From Chrysomallon squamiferum (taxonomy: Eukaryota > Animalia > Mollusca): a stretch of 64,000 nt of DNA. This document shows positions 24,999 to 41,300 of this stretch, in pieces. Each line of letters starts with the position of its first letter. Position 1 is the stretch's first letter. A program made the position numbers and the translations under genes. The notes beneath the pieces were generated by a model. The model searched no databases. It was not told where the DNA came from and saw nothing but the letters and a program-made list of their open reading frames with translations. The DNA lies in the NCBI GenBank assembly GCA_012295275.1, contig CM022673.1:8370001-8434000 (forward strand), written 5' to 3'.

Positions 24999-27900
24999 TA
25001 CTTTTCTGGAGCCCAAGGGAATAAATGTAAATTTAGAATAGTCAGAAGTATCTTGTAAAGGACAGTGCCCGAGCTAGGCTTTTGTACTAGTTCTAAGACT
25101 CGGCCCAAGATCTCGTTACAGGATCAGCGTGTGGAATGAAGACTTCTGAAATCACTACACAGTCTTCAACAAAACCACTGATTGTACTTTTGTCGTCGAG
25201 CGATATCTGTGCATCTCGAGATTTACGAAAATAAAAGCCTGAAGATGCTTATAAATCCATATATATATATATAGAATGAAGATGTTTTACGACATCTCAA
25301 GGCCCTAAATAGAAAGAGAGAGAGAGAAGAAATTTTTAAAAGCGATATGCCGTAATGATATACACACACATCAAAGACTAGCCAAGCGATCATGCCGAAA
25401 TACGCACTTTTGCGCGATGTCCGCCATTAATCTTTCCACACATTTCTTATTCTTCCTATCTGCGAGATGTGTTTGGACTCGGATGTTAGAGAAATGCCAT
25501 AAACATCATCAGAAAGTCTGAAAAAAGGGGATAGATAAGATCATCTCTGTAGGAGGTAAGTAAATAAATCAAATCTTCCGTAGCGAGGTTTTTTTTTTTT
25601 TTAAAACATTCATTCACACTGTTTTAAAATTGGAGCGTCACCGTCAGAGGCAACGGTTTAGGTCGAGTTTTTAAAGATACACATGACATTCAGTTTTATG
25701 TAAAAATCTCCTCTGTGGCCGCGTCTTTCGTACGTACGTACGTTTGTCAACAAACACGGACAGGGTCTTAGAGAAAAAGAAGAAGAAGAAGAAAAAAAAA
25801 AAAAAAATTAGAAAGCTTAAAATGTCTAAAACAAGAAATATGTGCCTCCAGTTTTAGTTAAAATCATGGTGTTTAACATGTTCTAGTTATATTCTTGTAT
25901 TTTTTCAAAATAAATGGTGTTTACTATGCAGTTCGTAATAATCGGTCGAAATATTCAGAGTAAACAGTATTTTTTTAAACAGGTCGAGTATTTGAGTTCA
26001 TCACTGGATCTGAAATTTTAAACTCTTCATTACAGATCAGATATAATATTATGACAGTAGTGGGCGAGAATACATTTTTTTCTTTTTTTTTTTTTCATTT
26101 GTTTTTTCATTTTTTTTTTTTAAAGATAAATTTTAAGACTGTTGGGTAATTTAATACCAGTAATGTTAGTAATTTTTCATTTCGGGGAAGATATTTTTAT
26201 AGGTCTTGTCACATTTTTGGAGTGCCTCCCACATTTCCTTTTTGAAATTACGACGTTAAAGTGAGCATTCATTAAACTCTTTTTAGCGGGTGACTCTTCA
26301 ATCGATTGCGTTGTACGTGATTAACAAGATTAAACTGTGAAATGAGTCGAGTTACGTCACTGACAGCTGCTTCCGTTTACCAACCGGTAGAATGAGCTTA
26401 CGTTCGATTTTGTTTTTAAACATTCTTCTCTTTGAATCAATTCTATGACAAACGTGGGGGAGTAAGATTGCATTACAAATTTAGCCTCGATAAATTTGCG
26501 CGCAATTTGCTTCTGGAATACTAATAGAGAGTTTGAAAGACGAAGGCGGAATGGAAAGACGAGTTATTTCCCTTTTAATTCCTTTCCTGTCAGTAACTCT
26601 TGTCTATGTTTTTCAAGTCTTGCGGAAGTTACGTAATAAATATTTCCAGTTTTTCATGAATCACATGAATATTTATTTGATTCAGCAATACACCACACCT
26701 GTTACGAATGATTATTCAAGAAATTATACTGATAACAGACTAGAAATCGTTTTACCACTTGTCCATAACTCCTTCCGAATAGTAGCATATATTTTCCTTC
26801 CCACAAACATGGAAACACGTACCTTTGGAAAACCAGACGAGCGAACTGTTAGGATCTTTAAAAAGAACAAAAGGAGGACGAAGGGTATTGATCCCACAAC
26901 CTAGCACGCCATATAGCTAGTCTTGAAAAATCGAAAAACAACCCACTGCAAAATATCTTATCACATCCCGTATAGAGAGATAAATCCATCTCACGACTTT
27001 TGATGCTGCAATAACGAAACAGTGAAGAAAGAGATTTGTTGTTACTGATAATATAGCGAAAGCATCTTGTTATAAAGCGTACCAATCTTTAACAGAAGTT
27101 ATTTTTTCGGATGGAACCAGCAGAATCTTTTATTTCTGTTCTAGAATGTTCATAATTGAATGAATATTTTTTTCTTAGCATTTTAACAGAATATAAGATT
27201 GACGCCTGATTATGTTAATAAGTTAATTAGTTAGCAATCTGTAGCAACTGTTAAGTAATAATCAACACATTAATTGCAAATGAGACGTTTTCTATATGGT
27301 TAACTGAAGGAATCTCACTACTACTTTTCAGTGTAAGTATTTCATTTAAAAAACAGCATTAGCAACAACACCAACAACAAGAAATAATTAAATTTAAAAA
27401 AAAAAAAAAAAAAATAAAAATAAAAATTCCCTCATTTTATAGTTGACGATTATTTACAAGAATGCTGTCACCTTAACGGCAATACTTTTTGAACACTATC
27501 CATTATTCTTTCGTTAGAATTGGAAATGCTTCGCAAGTAATCTAACGTTATCGCACGACAAACCTACATTTCCAGTCCATATTATTTTCCATTCATAAAT
27601 ATGGAAGCTTGTTAAGGTCACGTTGAGAGAAAAAAAAAAAAAAAAAAAAAATGTCCCGTTATCAAATCCTTATCAACCGCCCACGTTAACTAACAACTGT
27701 CACAAAGTAATTGCTTTAACGGCCGCCACAAAGAAAACATATGTCGTAAAAATGCAGAAATTCAGATAGCTATCATCTAAACAAATACCAGTAAGCCGTT
27801 TCAGCGACTGGCCTTACGAAATTTGACATTTACGTATCTGCTGAATTTCCATCAACTGGATACAAGTGTGTGTGCGCAGGACACTTAATGAAGTATTGGA

Positions 27901-28555
27901 AGTCGTTCATTCTTGATTATTGAAATATCTAGTGGCAACCCGCTTAAATAAAGAAATCAGTGTGTGTGTGTTTGAGAACAGTTGGTTAAGATTATATATA
28001 TAAAAAAATATAAAAATATATTAAAAAATGAGATAATCGAACCCGCCTTTATTCAGTATAATAAGAAACACACAGGCTTTAAACGCACACAGATACTCAC
28101 ACATGCACACATACATACACCCATGCAAACACACGCGTATATATATATATATATATATATACATACCATCAATATGACTGATTCATATATAAGAAGCAAA
28201 GGTATAATGTATGATTGCATGAATATTACATACATAAATACATACACAGATCCATACATACCTCAATACATACATCCATGCAAACATACACATATTCACA
28301 TTCGCATATACATAAACATATATTCTCATATACATTCACTCTTAAATTTATCACGCTCATCTTGAAACATACAAATTTGTACATCATTAAGAAAAGAAAA
28401 TAAACACTTAGAAAAGTATAACATACGTTATCTTATGTTAGATAATAATAATAAAAATAAAAAAAAAAAAAAAAAAAATAATAATAATAATAATAATAAT
28501 AATCGCCATCACGACTTAACTATATATATACATACATATTGGCACGTTCTCAAAG

Positions 28556-28630
28556 CATTGGGGGCGTGACCTATCAAGACAACGTTATATCCCGTTATTA
28601 TAAAAGCAGAACTTTGATTGACAGGCGATT
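28556..28630 (+). promoter_or_regulatory. Candidate cis-regulatory module (GC box, TATA, Pbx/Meis-Prep decamer)
   Basis: GGGGCGTG at 28561, TATAAAAG 28599-28606 and TGATTGACAG 28615-28624 in a CpG-containing island. Confidence 0.35.
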
Positions 28631-29133
28631 ACATCGTCCGTCGCAAGCGATCCGCCTCGGGAATGTTCGGCGATGATAAACCGCTGTGGCTAGCAGAACG
28701 GAGACGTAAGCAAAACGTCTGTTATGAGTTATCATGTCTCGACTCCGGTGAACTTGTAAAACACGAGAGTTTATTATATAGGTCTGCGGTAATCGGAGTA
28801 TGTTTGACTGAAGGGTGGTGATGATGGAAGGTTAGAGAGAGAGTGAGAGATAGAGAGAGAGAGAAAACACTATATAACGAGAATCCCCGAATTTGTTTAT
28901 GTTCGGAAGGAAGAACGTGATCTGATGTAACTGCCTATAAATCCGATAATAATTTTTTTTTTTTTTTTTTCACCAACACTTTTGAACCTGTTATTTGAAA
29001 AGCAAAAGTTTAAAAAAAAAAAAAAAAAAAAAAAACTAAATAAGTAAGTAAGTAAATAAATAATAATAAAAAAATTGTTTGTTTTTCTAGCAAATATAAA
29101 TTATTAAGAAATGCTTACGTATATATATATATA

Positions 29134-30358
<1,225 letters not shown>

Positions 30359-30947
30359 AATTAGAACAAAGATCAGGTTTTAGCAAAACATAATATTAAA
30401 TATGTAGAACGTATATGTCCTACAACACACCTTGGAGAGATTCGAAAATATTATGTTAATTGACACCAAACCATAATCCTTAAATGCAGAAAGGATAACT
30501 GTAAGAAAAAAAATAAAAGATCAAACTCTGTTGTAAATCTAATTAAGAAAATTGCACCATAAAAAGGAAATCGTTTTTCATACGTTAGTACGGTTAGAGT
30601 GGTATCATATCTCACGTTACTGATTTTTCTGCTTCTTTTTACTAATTTCATTATAAGACAGATCCAGCAAGAACATCCTTATAACGGAACATTTTCTGTT
30701 CTTAGTAAAGTTTTTACATGCTGACATAACAAACGTAAATGTTTGATTAAGTATCTGGTAATAAATGTTGAGAGAGAAGATGAAAATATGTTTGAGATCT
30801 TAGTAGTGTAAATTATATTCATTCAGTACGTTGAGACGTATGCAAAGACAGACAACTGAAACGTAGGTGTGACAATGAATTTCACAGACAGTAGAAAGAT
30901 TGTGAGAAAATGAAAGTAAGAAAGATGTAAATGATATGAGAGATTAT

Positions 30948-31110
<163 letters not shown>

Positions 31111-31255
31111 CACACAGAAGACAGACAGAGAGAAAAGTGAGAAAAAGAGGATAAAATATAAAGGTAAATACTGCATGTGTACATAAAATATATACAAAGA
31201 CACATGTAACATGACTCTCTGAAACACACACACACAACAACAAACAAAAAACCTG

Positions 31256-31595
31256 ACTTACCTTCTGTCACACATATCCACTGAATAGAACCATCAAGTT
31301 ATCTCTCTGAAAGATTCGTTAACAAAAAACATCCACCTATAACAACAACAAGAAGAAGGCGTAAAGGAAACCCACACTCCATGCCCGCACGCCAATCGGT
31401 TCCCAAGTGGTCACAGTACTAGTGTGGCATGTTATTATACAGTAGCTGATGGCCCACAAATACAGACGTCAGAATGGGGTTAGGAACCCACGACCTTTGA
31501 CCCGGTATATATTTATATATATATCTGTATATATTGGAGTCTTCCGTACACTGACTTAATGTTGTTGCATTCACACGTCTTCAAATCAAAGGACC
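31256..31595 (-). promoter_or_regulatory. Motif-dense island with a consensus minus-strand donor; candidate promoter or upstream non-coding exon of gene A
   Basis: AAG|gtaagt at 31262/31261; CCAAT 31392; CRE-like GACGTCA 31465; DR1-like GACCTTTGACCC 31492-31503; TA-rich box 31506-31524; TCF-type ATCAAAG 31585. Direction of transcription is ambiguous. Confidence 0.33.
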
Positions 31596-32386
31596 GAAAC
31601 TGCGAAGCTTTTTTTTTTTTTTTTACCGTGACAAACACACACAGAAGAGTGTTTCAGTGCACAACAAAAGCGCCCCATCTCTTTTCAAATGATAATCATA
31701 TGGATATTGGCATAAATTGCATTTAATATGCAGCGTAGTTATCAAGTTACGCTATAGTTGTTTTTTCTTGTTGTTTGTTTGTTTGTTGTTTGTTTTTTCC
31801 TTCTTTCTTTCTTTCTTTTTATATTTTTTTTTTTTTTTTTTTTTTAGTTATTTTCAGGACCGGGTACTACTATTTTACTTTGTTTCGCTCATTATATTCG
31901 TTTCAGTTATTGGCGTGTTTTATGTCGCTCGGCGAAGGGCCGTGGTATCTGATTTCGGAAACAAGTGGTGATATTTTCATGGGTGTTCTTTGTTAAGCGC
32001 GGGGCGAGGGACAGAAGAGCGTGAATGCAACACTCTTAGGCGTGATATATAAATGTAAATTAGCATAAAATATATACTAACGGCGTGTTTATATTTTTCA
32101 TTCACAAACAGTTCTTGTTAAGACATGAAAATAAAGCCATTCATATCTTTCCCGCGATAAAGGAAGAAAAAAAAAAAAAAAAGGAAATATAAAATGAAAA
32201 AAAAAAGAAAAGAAAAGAAAAGAAAAGAAAAAAATCTAACTAAGATCAGCATCTCGAGACGTTTTGTTATTTTAAATGTGACAACATTACGTTTTAATAC
32301 GTTGACGAGGACGATGACCACGCTGTATTTAAATTATAACTGATGATCTAAAATTAAATATTATTATTACTGTTAATATGATGACA

Positions 32387-32417
<31 letters not shown>

Positions 32418-33634
32418 CTGTTATTTTTTTTTTCTTATTCTTATTCTTATTCTTATTATTTAGATTACTGAAAGATAACAAAATAAACGATTTTTTTATT
32501 TTTTTATATATGTTTATATATATTATTGCAAACCAGTTTTATGGTCTTGCATAATCATTTCTCTGTATTTTTCAACACACCTCCCTTAAATGATCATGAA
32601 TACACAATTTTAAGAACAGATTTATTATTATTATTTTTTTTTTAAAAACCCACAGAAAATCAAAACAATAGAAAAACAACACACTATCATGTAGTGTCAG
32701 TTTAAACAGCATCAAAAGACTTTTTTTTTTTCTTTTTTTATCGTACCATCAGTTAACTGTAGTTACTGGTTTGGTAACTGATTTAAAACTGAAATTTATA
32801 CTGAACTATTATTTTACTAAGAAGTAAAGAAAAGATTAATATTACCAAAGTAAACAAAATCAATACATGTGCCTGGGGCTTTGTGTGGGTTTTAGATATT
32901 TTGAGAACAAAAGGATAATTTTACACATTCACAACAAATGCGCACGTTCACACCTCTGTATTCAGAGATATAGTCCAAAAATATATATATACGTACATGT
33001 ATACTTACCTATCTTGGTCCCTACCTACGTATCTATATATCCAGATACCTAAATACAAAGATAACTACATTCTTATAGCATTATATATATATATATATAC
33101 ACAATAATTTACATATCTACGTACGCACCTATTTAATTCAATATTTAGTTAAGTTTCCTATTTGATTACATCAGTTTGAGCTGGGGTACAATTAATTGAT
33201 AGAATGACCCATTTTGTCATAATTATTTAATTTATTCGCTTGTGATAGTTCTTGAAATGAGGTAATTCGTTACGAAATCACAAGGTAGTAGGTGTTAAAT
33301 TGATAAAGCACACCCAATGGTTATAATAATAATCATTAAAACAATAATAATCATGGATAAAGATGAGAATGATGATGGTGATGAATTACCTTTTCTTTAA
33401 TATATATATATATATAAACTGTTTCGGTTCCTTTTATTTTAATCATTGTTTATTATGTTTTTGTTACTTTCATAAGGATATCATGCAGTCAAATAGTCAT
33501 ACAGGTAGACAGATGCATATGTTAATCTAAATAATTAAAGATAGAAAGAGAGACAGACAAATACACAGATATACAGTTATATATATAAAGACAGATAAGT
33601 GTAAAGAAAGAGAAAAAAAAGAAATATAGATAGT

Positions 33635-33800
<166 letters not shown>

Positions 33801-34131
33801 TAGAGAGGTAGGCGTACAGTAAATATTTCATTAAATATTTTGTTCATGTTAAGTGATGAGAAACGAGAAGCAATTTTCTGTCCCACAAAATTATGAATGA
33901 AAATTCGCTGAGTTTTGTTTACTTCAAACTTGACCGTAAAATCTCAAATTACAATATTTAATTCATCGCCTCGCACCATGACATCGAGTTATGTGATTAA
34001 ATGATGTGCAATATTATATATGCTTAACACAGTTTCAAGTTTGCTGTGGATTAATATTCACGTGCGTACACTAGTCCTCAATGAAATACATATTCATCTC
34101 CCAAAGAAACACACAGATACAGAATTTAATT

Positions 34132-34171
<40 letters not shown>

Positions 34172-34440
34172 AAGAGCAGAGAAAGAGAGAGTCGCAGATA
34201 CAGAGACATAGAAAAAAAATTGATGTACGGATGTATTATTTTATTGTCCAAACTCAGACAAACATGATGATACATACCCACTGCCAAACGTACACATCTA
34301 CCCTTCGTAGAGGCTTTGACGTGGATATATATATAAAATTCATGAATATTTTGTTTCTTACATGGTTTTCCGCACGACTCATTAAATAATGATGTAACTA
34401 TATCACTTAGTTTTTCAAGGTTTTCTTTTCTAGTAAAGTC

Positions 34441-34477
<37 letters not shown>

Positions 34478-35329
34478 AAAATCAAGGTTAATGGCAAACT
34501 GTCAGATAAAGTATATAAAGATATAAAGATATAAGACAGTGATAAATAGAGGAAGGTAGGAAGGGATTAAAATAAAAAAAAATAAAAAAGAGGCATATTG
34601 AATAACAGAAAGAGTATACACATACACACACAAACAACACAAACACACATACACACATATATACAAAAAAAAAATATATATATATAAATAAAAATAAAAA
34701 ATAAATTGACACTGGCTAAAATATGGTGATGTAAAAACATTGAACACTATTTCCCATTTTTGCAATGTTTGTACAGAAACACACACACACACAAAACAAA
34801 CAAAGACGCAACCCTCAGAGAACCTGGTGCATCATCGACTGATTTCTTTTTTGAAGAGTATATATAAATATAAATATATATATATTAGAAATAGTGACAG
34901 ACAGACACAGTGGAATAAAAATGAGGGACAACAATAATCGTATACATTGTACATTTTTTTTTTTTTTAAAAAGAAGAAGAAGAAAAAAAAGGAGTTTTGC
35001 ACTCTTATCTGCAACAAAAGAGAGAGAGAGAGATAAAAGAACTGACCAACAAAGCCCGAATAGCATAACGCTTGATTAACTAAGCGGATAAAAACAAACA
35101 GTTAAAAACCCAGCAGGTAACAGTGCATTGTTAATGTTACCGGTATTCTGAGCTTTAAAACGTGTTTCCTCTCTTTGTAATTGTCCCGAACTGCAAACAG
35201 AAACTTAATACGAGAACCTCAAACAGACTGAACTTGAACATTAGCGAGAAAGAAAGAAAGAATTAGACAGAATGAGAGAAAGACGGATAGGTGGATTTGA
35301 TGAATAGATATTATATTATCAGAGAGACG

Positions 35330-35538
35330 GATGGTTGGATCGATGGATGAATGAATAGATCGGCGCATAGACCAATGGATGGATGGATGGATGGATAATA
35401 AATGGAAGACTGAAGAGATGGATGGATGAATGGATGGATGGATGGATGGATGGATGGAGTGATAGACAGATGGGTGTTTGGATCGATGAATAAATGGAAG
35501 AATAACTGGATGGACGAATGAAAGATGGACAGACAGAC

Positions 35539-35605
<67 letters not shown>
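35330..35605. repeat. Compound (GGAT)n + (GACA)n + (GA)n repeat
   Basis: Directly visible. Confidence 0.9.
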
Positions 35606-35609
<4 letters not shown>

Positions 35610-36094
35610 ATGATAAAGAGACAATAATTACTTTTATTGTTCAGTATAAACTGAGTCAAGTACGGCACTGGACTTAGTGCATTGTCACGGCCTTAGAAAA
35701 TCTCCATCTACTCGACCACTTCAAGGTCTTCAGTGTTTTTGTTATCAAAAGCCGTGTCCTGTCTCTAAGCGATCTCTTCTTTTGTCCCGCCGAGGTGCAG
35801 AGCACGTGGATTCACCGATAAATACACTTCCCACGCAGACAATAACGAAGAACATGTCTGCTCGAAGATGTCAACAAATATTTCATGTATCTATGGCAGC
35901 TTGGCCTATTTCTCTTTGAAGAAACCGTCCCGCAATTTAATACCAGTTTATCTATCTATGTCACATCCATATTTCTTATTTGGCTCTTAATATTTGCTTA
36001 AGTAACCCGCTATTCATGGAAAATACTCGATGTATTATACGACAACAAATATTTTGTTTGATCTAGGCCGGTTTAATCAGTGAAAATACAAGGG

Positions 36095-36190
36095 CCGCGG
36101 ATAAATACAAACACGGAAGTTTACTCCGGCCGCGGGACCAGCCAATCAGAGGAGGCATACTGATCACAGCACAGCCAATCAGCGACCAGT
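36095..36190. promoter_or_regulatory. Promoter-like island: tandem CCAAT boxes plus ETS site
   Basis: AGCCAATCAG twice (CCAAT at 36142 and 36175, 33 bp apart), CGGAAGT at 36114-36120, local CpG-rich patch. Confidence 0.45.
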
Positions 36191-37391
36191 TTCGATTTTA
36201 TCTGAAACTTTAGAATCTGTTTAGTCTGAAAGTTCCATTGACACTCAGCATTAAGCGATAAGAAAGAAATAATTTATAGCTCAGTTTGATCGTGTTGGGT
36301 TATTATTGTGTGTTTGAATAATGAAGGGCCACCAAGAAGTGTCATGAATGTCCAAGAAGTAGGTGAAAAAAGAAAAAAAAAGAAGAGTCAGAATTATAAA
36401 AATATATTAGAGAATGTAATAAATAAACAACCAAAGACATAATAAACGAAAAACAAACAAACAAACCATCAAACAAACAAACAAACAAATAAACAAACAA
36501 ACAAAACAAACAAACAAATAAATAACTGGAAAATACTTGTTTTTATTATATACAATCGTATCCGACTCAAAACATAGTCACAATGAGACAACTCAGACTA
36601 TTAAACACATTGCCTTCCCCTGCCCACACGTAAAATCCTGGATCCTGGGCCATTGTGAAATTTAATATACGATTTAGACGTTAGCGGTCTTATATCCAAG
36701 CAATTCTAAAAAAAAAAAAAAAAAAAAATCTGTAGGAAGAAAATCCATACCGGGATCAAATTTCAATTATTCACTTTTAAAAAAAAAAAAAAAAAAAACC
36801 TCCACAAAACAAACAAACAAATTCACGCGGAGTTCTTTTTTAACATGCACGGTTCCATGCGGAGGAGATTTCAATACAACTGTTTGAGAGCCGTCTTCTG
36901 TCGTCGAAGCAATACCGCCGTTTCGCATGACGAAATGGGACTTAAAAAAAAACTTGCACGTGAAACTTAGCACGTTCTCTTTTGTTTGTTTGCCATCTAC
37001 CGGAAATAATGATTACAATAAAAAAAAAATATTTTCCGCACGTATGTTACACTCAGAGCTCAGTTCAAATGTTCGGATGTGACAACGAAGAAAAGATAAC
37101 TCCACAGATAACAGGTTTATACATAATCAAATGAAAAACTGCAAATCGGTTTGATTGATACTTGGCAAGAATGCTCGTTGTCGTTAAATAATAATAATAA
37201 TAATAATATTGTACGACGGTTCGTATTGCAAGATCAGCAACAACAACAACATTAATATCATAATCCGCCGCAATAATATTATGATAAGTGCTAACATTTC
37301 CAAAAACATCAACAACAGTTAAAAACCTAGAAACAGTCACAGACATATTTTTAATGTATTTATCCGCTATAGTCTTTTTTTAAAAGATTTT

Positions 37392-37515
<124 letters not shown>

Positions 37516-37922
37516 CACGACACACACAATACAAGTTCTCTGAAAATGTTTATCTTTCACCATGACTCATCTAAATGAGTTCTTTCCACATACATTATGT
37601 ATGTTTTCAAACAGAACAAGAATTTACAAAGAAAACGTATATTTTAACTCGGCTATGAGTATGACAGTGCCCTTTAAAGTGAGATATAGCCAAATAAGTT
37701 AACTTTATGTGTGTGTTAATGTCGTGTTATGCAAAATGAATTATGTATTTCTAAATAAGCAAGACTGATTAATCCTTCGTAGCATGACATTGAACGATTT
37801 AACCTGAAAACAGATTAACCCAGAAAAAAATGACCTTTGAGTGTAAATCGCTTTGGTATAGATATAGATGAAATTATTAATCATTTATTCACCAATAGCT
37901 AATGGAAAAATAACTTGTTTTC

Positions 37923-38228
<306 letters not shown>

Positions 38229-40734
38229 GAGAGAATTTTGCAAAAATAAACACAAAGAGATAGAATAAATTAATGTTTACCGATTCCACAACAGAGACAA
38301 AACATATAAAAAAAAAAAAAACAACTATCACCCTTTAAAGAGAGAGATACAAAAGTCGTATCATTTTACTGTTTCTGCTAAGGTAAAATATACAATACTG
38401 ATTCAAACAGAGATCAATATTTGGTCAAACACACATATACTACACAAATACTACACATACTTCTACATACACAACAAAAGAAAACTATTCGTTGGATTGG
38501 AGTAAAGTGTATCATGTCTTCTGTGGGTAATTTCCTCCGAAAACAAGTACAAGATGTCTTTGTCACATATCGGACAGATATCTTGTACCAGTTCTGATAC
38601 ATGTGAATTACACTCAGAGCACGTAAAACATAAATGTGACCTTATAGGTCTCGTGTGAACCTAGGGGTTAGTTTATACTCGACACTTGAAACTTGCCGGA
38701 GAATGGACCGTTTAGCGAAGATTATCTACGAGTGTATGAGAACATGACAATGTATCCACTGCCCCAGTCCGATAAAAAGGCCTTTTTATCATCTATTATT
38801 AAAGCTGAATGAGACTTGAATGTTTCAACAGTACTAACCTTATTTCACCAAAGTTGTCACGTACAAGAAAGACAAGGGCCACTGAGGTCATAATCTTAAC
38901 GATATTTTGATATTGTGTACAAATGTGATTAAACGTCCATTTCAACACGTATTATTAAAATGGAGTGAGGTGTGCATGTTTTAAATGTAATAACACGATT
39001 AACACGTTTTGGCAGATAGTATAATATTGTCTTGTCTTGACTTACAGCGATAATATCATCTTCCCTTGGATATTGTTTTTCCCATTCTTGCATACTAGAG
39101 ATGCAATTTTCTCAACCCTCCAGTCTGACAAATTCAGTAGAATCACAGCTAATTTTCTACTCTTTTAATACGACGATAATTTATTTTAATTATTTATATT
39201 TCCATGTTTCATAAATTAGGATGAAATAACTTTAAGTTTTTGTTTCAACTTTTTTTTAACAGGAATAATTTATGCATGTTTCAATTTTTATTTATTTCGG
39301 TTTTTCTGTTTCAAATTCTAGAGGAAAGGAATATTTAGGACGATTTTATCTAAAGCCCTTTACTGGACTGCGATGTAACTATCTAAACAGGCTTAACGCT
39401 TATTACAGCTTATTACAATAACATACTTGTTAATAAAGCGAAAATTTGAAGTTAAGATTTATAATAAATTTTAAAATCATTGCACTATATATTACATACC
39501 TTCAATGACAGTTGTACCGTCGATTAGATTTCGAAATGTCCAGAGTAATTAGTTTTCTGTTCTGTCCACCGGCACCGTCTTTCGATCCCACTGCAGCTGA
39601 CACCATAGATAGTTTCAGTTTCATAAAAATCGTTGTTATTTGCTCTTTTTTTTTTTTTTTTTTTTTTATTTTTTGTTGTTTTTTCTTTTTCTTTTATCCT
39701 TTAATAGGAAAATTAATTTTGAATGCTTCGTCCGAAAAAGTGTCTCTTAGAGGACGAAAATTCCTGCATTTGATAGAAACGTGTTCTCAATAAATCCCAT
39801 TATTGATTTTATTTACTTTCTGTTATCGTCACTGCCGAGTTACATTACTAATAGTGAAGTCATCGAAACGCCTTAAGCAAAAAAAAAACGCGGTTTTGTT
39901 TTCCTTTTACCATTCCCAGAGCAGCGTCCTCGAGAATTATACAATTATTAATTAACGAAATACGCGAAAAACCTTTAAACTGGTTAAGAAGAAAAAAAAA
40001 CGCGACCCAGAAAGAAACGCGAATCGCTATTAACAACAAACAAAAAAAATAAATAAATAAATACGAAACACAAAATGCAAATGTTTTTCGAAATCCTTTT
40101 TTATTCTCTCAACAAAGGTAGCGTCTTAATCACCGTTGACCAATGATTCGGCTCCTCTCTGTCGTTGGTCAGCTTTTGGCGACAATGGCTGACGCTGTTT
40201 CTTTTATGTACGCGAAATGCCCATCCTCATTTAACCGGGGCTTAAAATGATTCATCCGCATCCGAAACGGCTCACCCTGATCTGGGGGCAGTAACAAGGT
40301 ATCCAGTGGTCAGTCCGAAATGAATGGTCATCTGAAAGGAGAGCGACATCCTCATCAGACGAACATAAAGGAGACACGGGGAGAAAGCCGCGAGGCATGA
40401 TGTGTGCAGACATTGGCTAAAAAGGTGCATAACAAGACACTGTGTGTGTGTATGGGCTGTAAAGCTGATAAATGTATACGAAGTGACTCACTCGTAATGA
40501 CTGAATAGCTTACTTGAGTCAAGAAACATAAAGTATAACTCATGTGACTTTTAATTTCCTCTCCAAAGTGCACTTGCCTTTCTAAACAGACATAATTCAT
40601 CAGGTGATAAGCTTTTTCGGTTATTCGGTGGTTAATTAGTGGTGTTACAATTAGTCTTTGTTACGTCATTTAACCAGATTATGTAACTAGGTTGTTAAAT
40701 TCTGACTATCTTTACTACATTAAACTTCACTGCA

Positions 40735-41300
40735 TTAGTCTATACTATAATATATTCTGCTATGCTATGCTATACTTTACTGTACTATACTATACTATAC
40801 CATACTATACAATACTATACTACACTATACTATACAGTACTATACTATACTATACTTGCTGTACTATATTATATTGTACTATGCACGCTCTGATGTTCTT
40901 ATGCTGTTTTAGTATACTAAGCGGAAATAAAATATACTAAACTATGCTATACTGTACTGTATTATATTGTACTGTACTATATTACACAATACTATACTAT
41001 ACTAAACTATACTATACTATACTGAACTATACTATACAGTACTGTATTATAATGTACCATACTAATCTATACTATACTATACTATACTATACTGTACTAT
41101 ACAATGCTTTACTATATTGTATTGTTCTGTACTGTATTATACTATATATACTATACTGTACTATACTATATTATACTACACTATGCTATACTATAATACA
41201 CTATTTTATACTATACTATCGAATACTAAAACTTACTTTACTTTTAGTATACAGTACTTTGCTATATCGTGTCATGCTATGCTATATCACTGCAGTCTTA
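40735..41300. repeat. Degenerate pentanucleotide (TACTA)n satellite
   Basis: Directly visible; it explains the Tyr-rich ORFs here. Confidence 0.92.

Noticed and set aside
31858-31971. Plus-strand acceptor followed by a transmembrane-like peptide (VLLFYFVSLIIFVSVIGVFYVARRR)
   Set aside because: T-rich DNA readily encodes hydrophobic runs, and no upstream coding exon was found.
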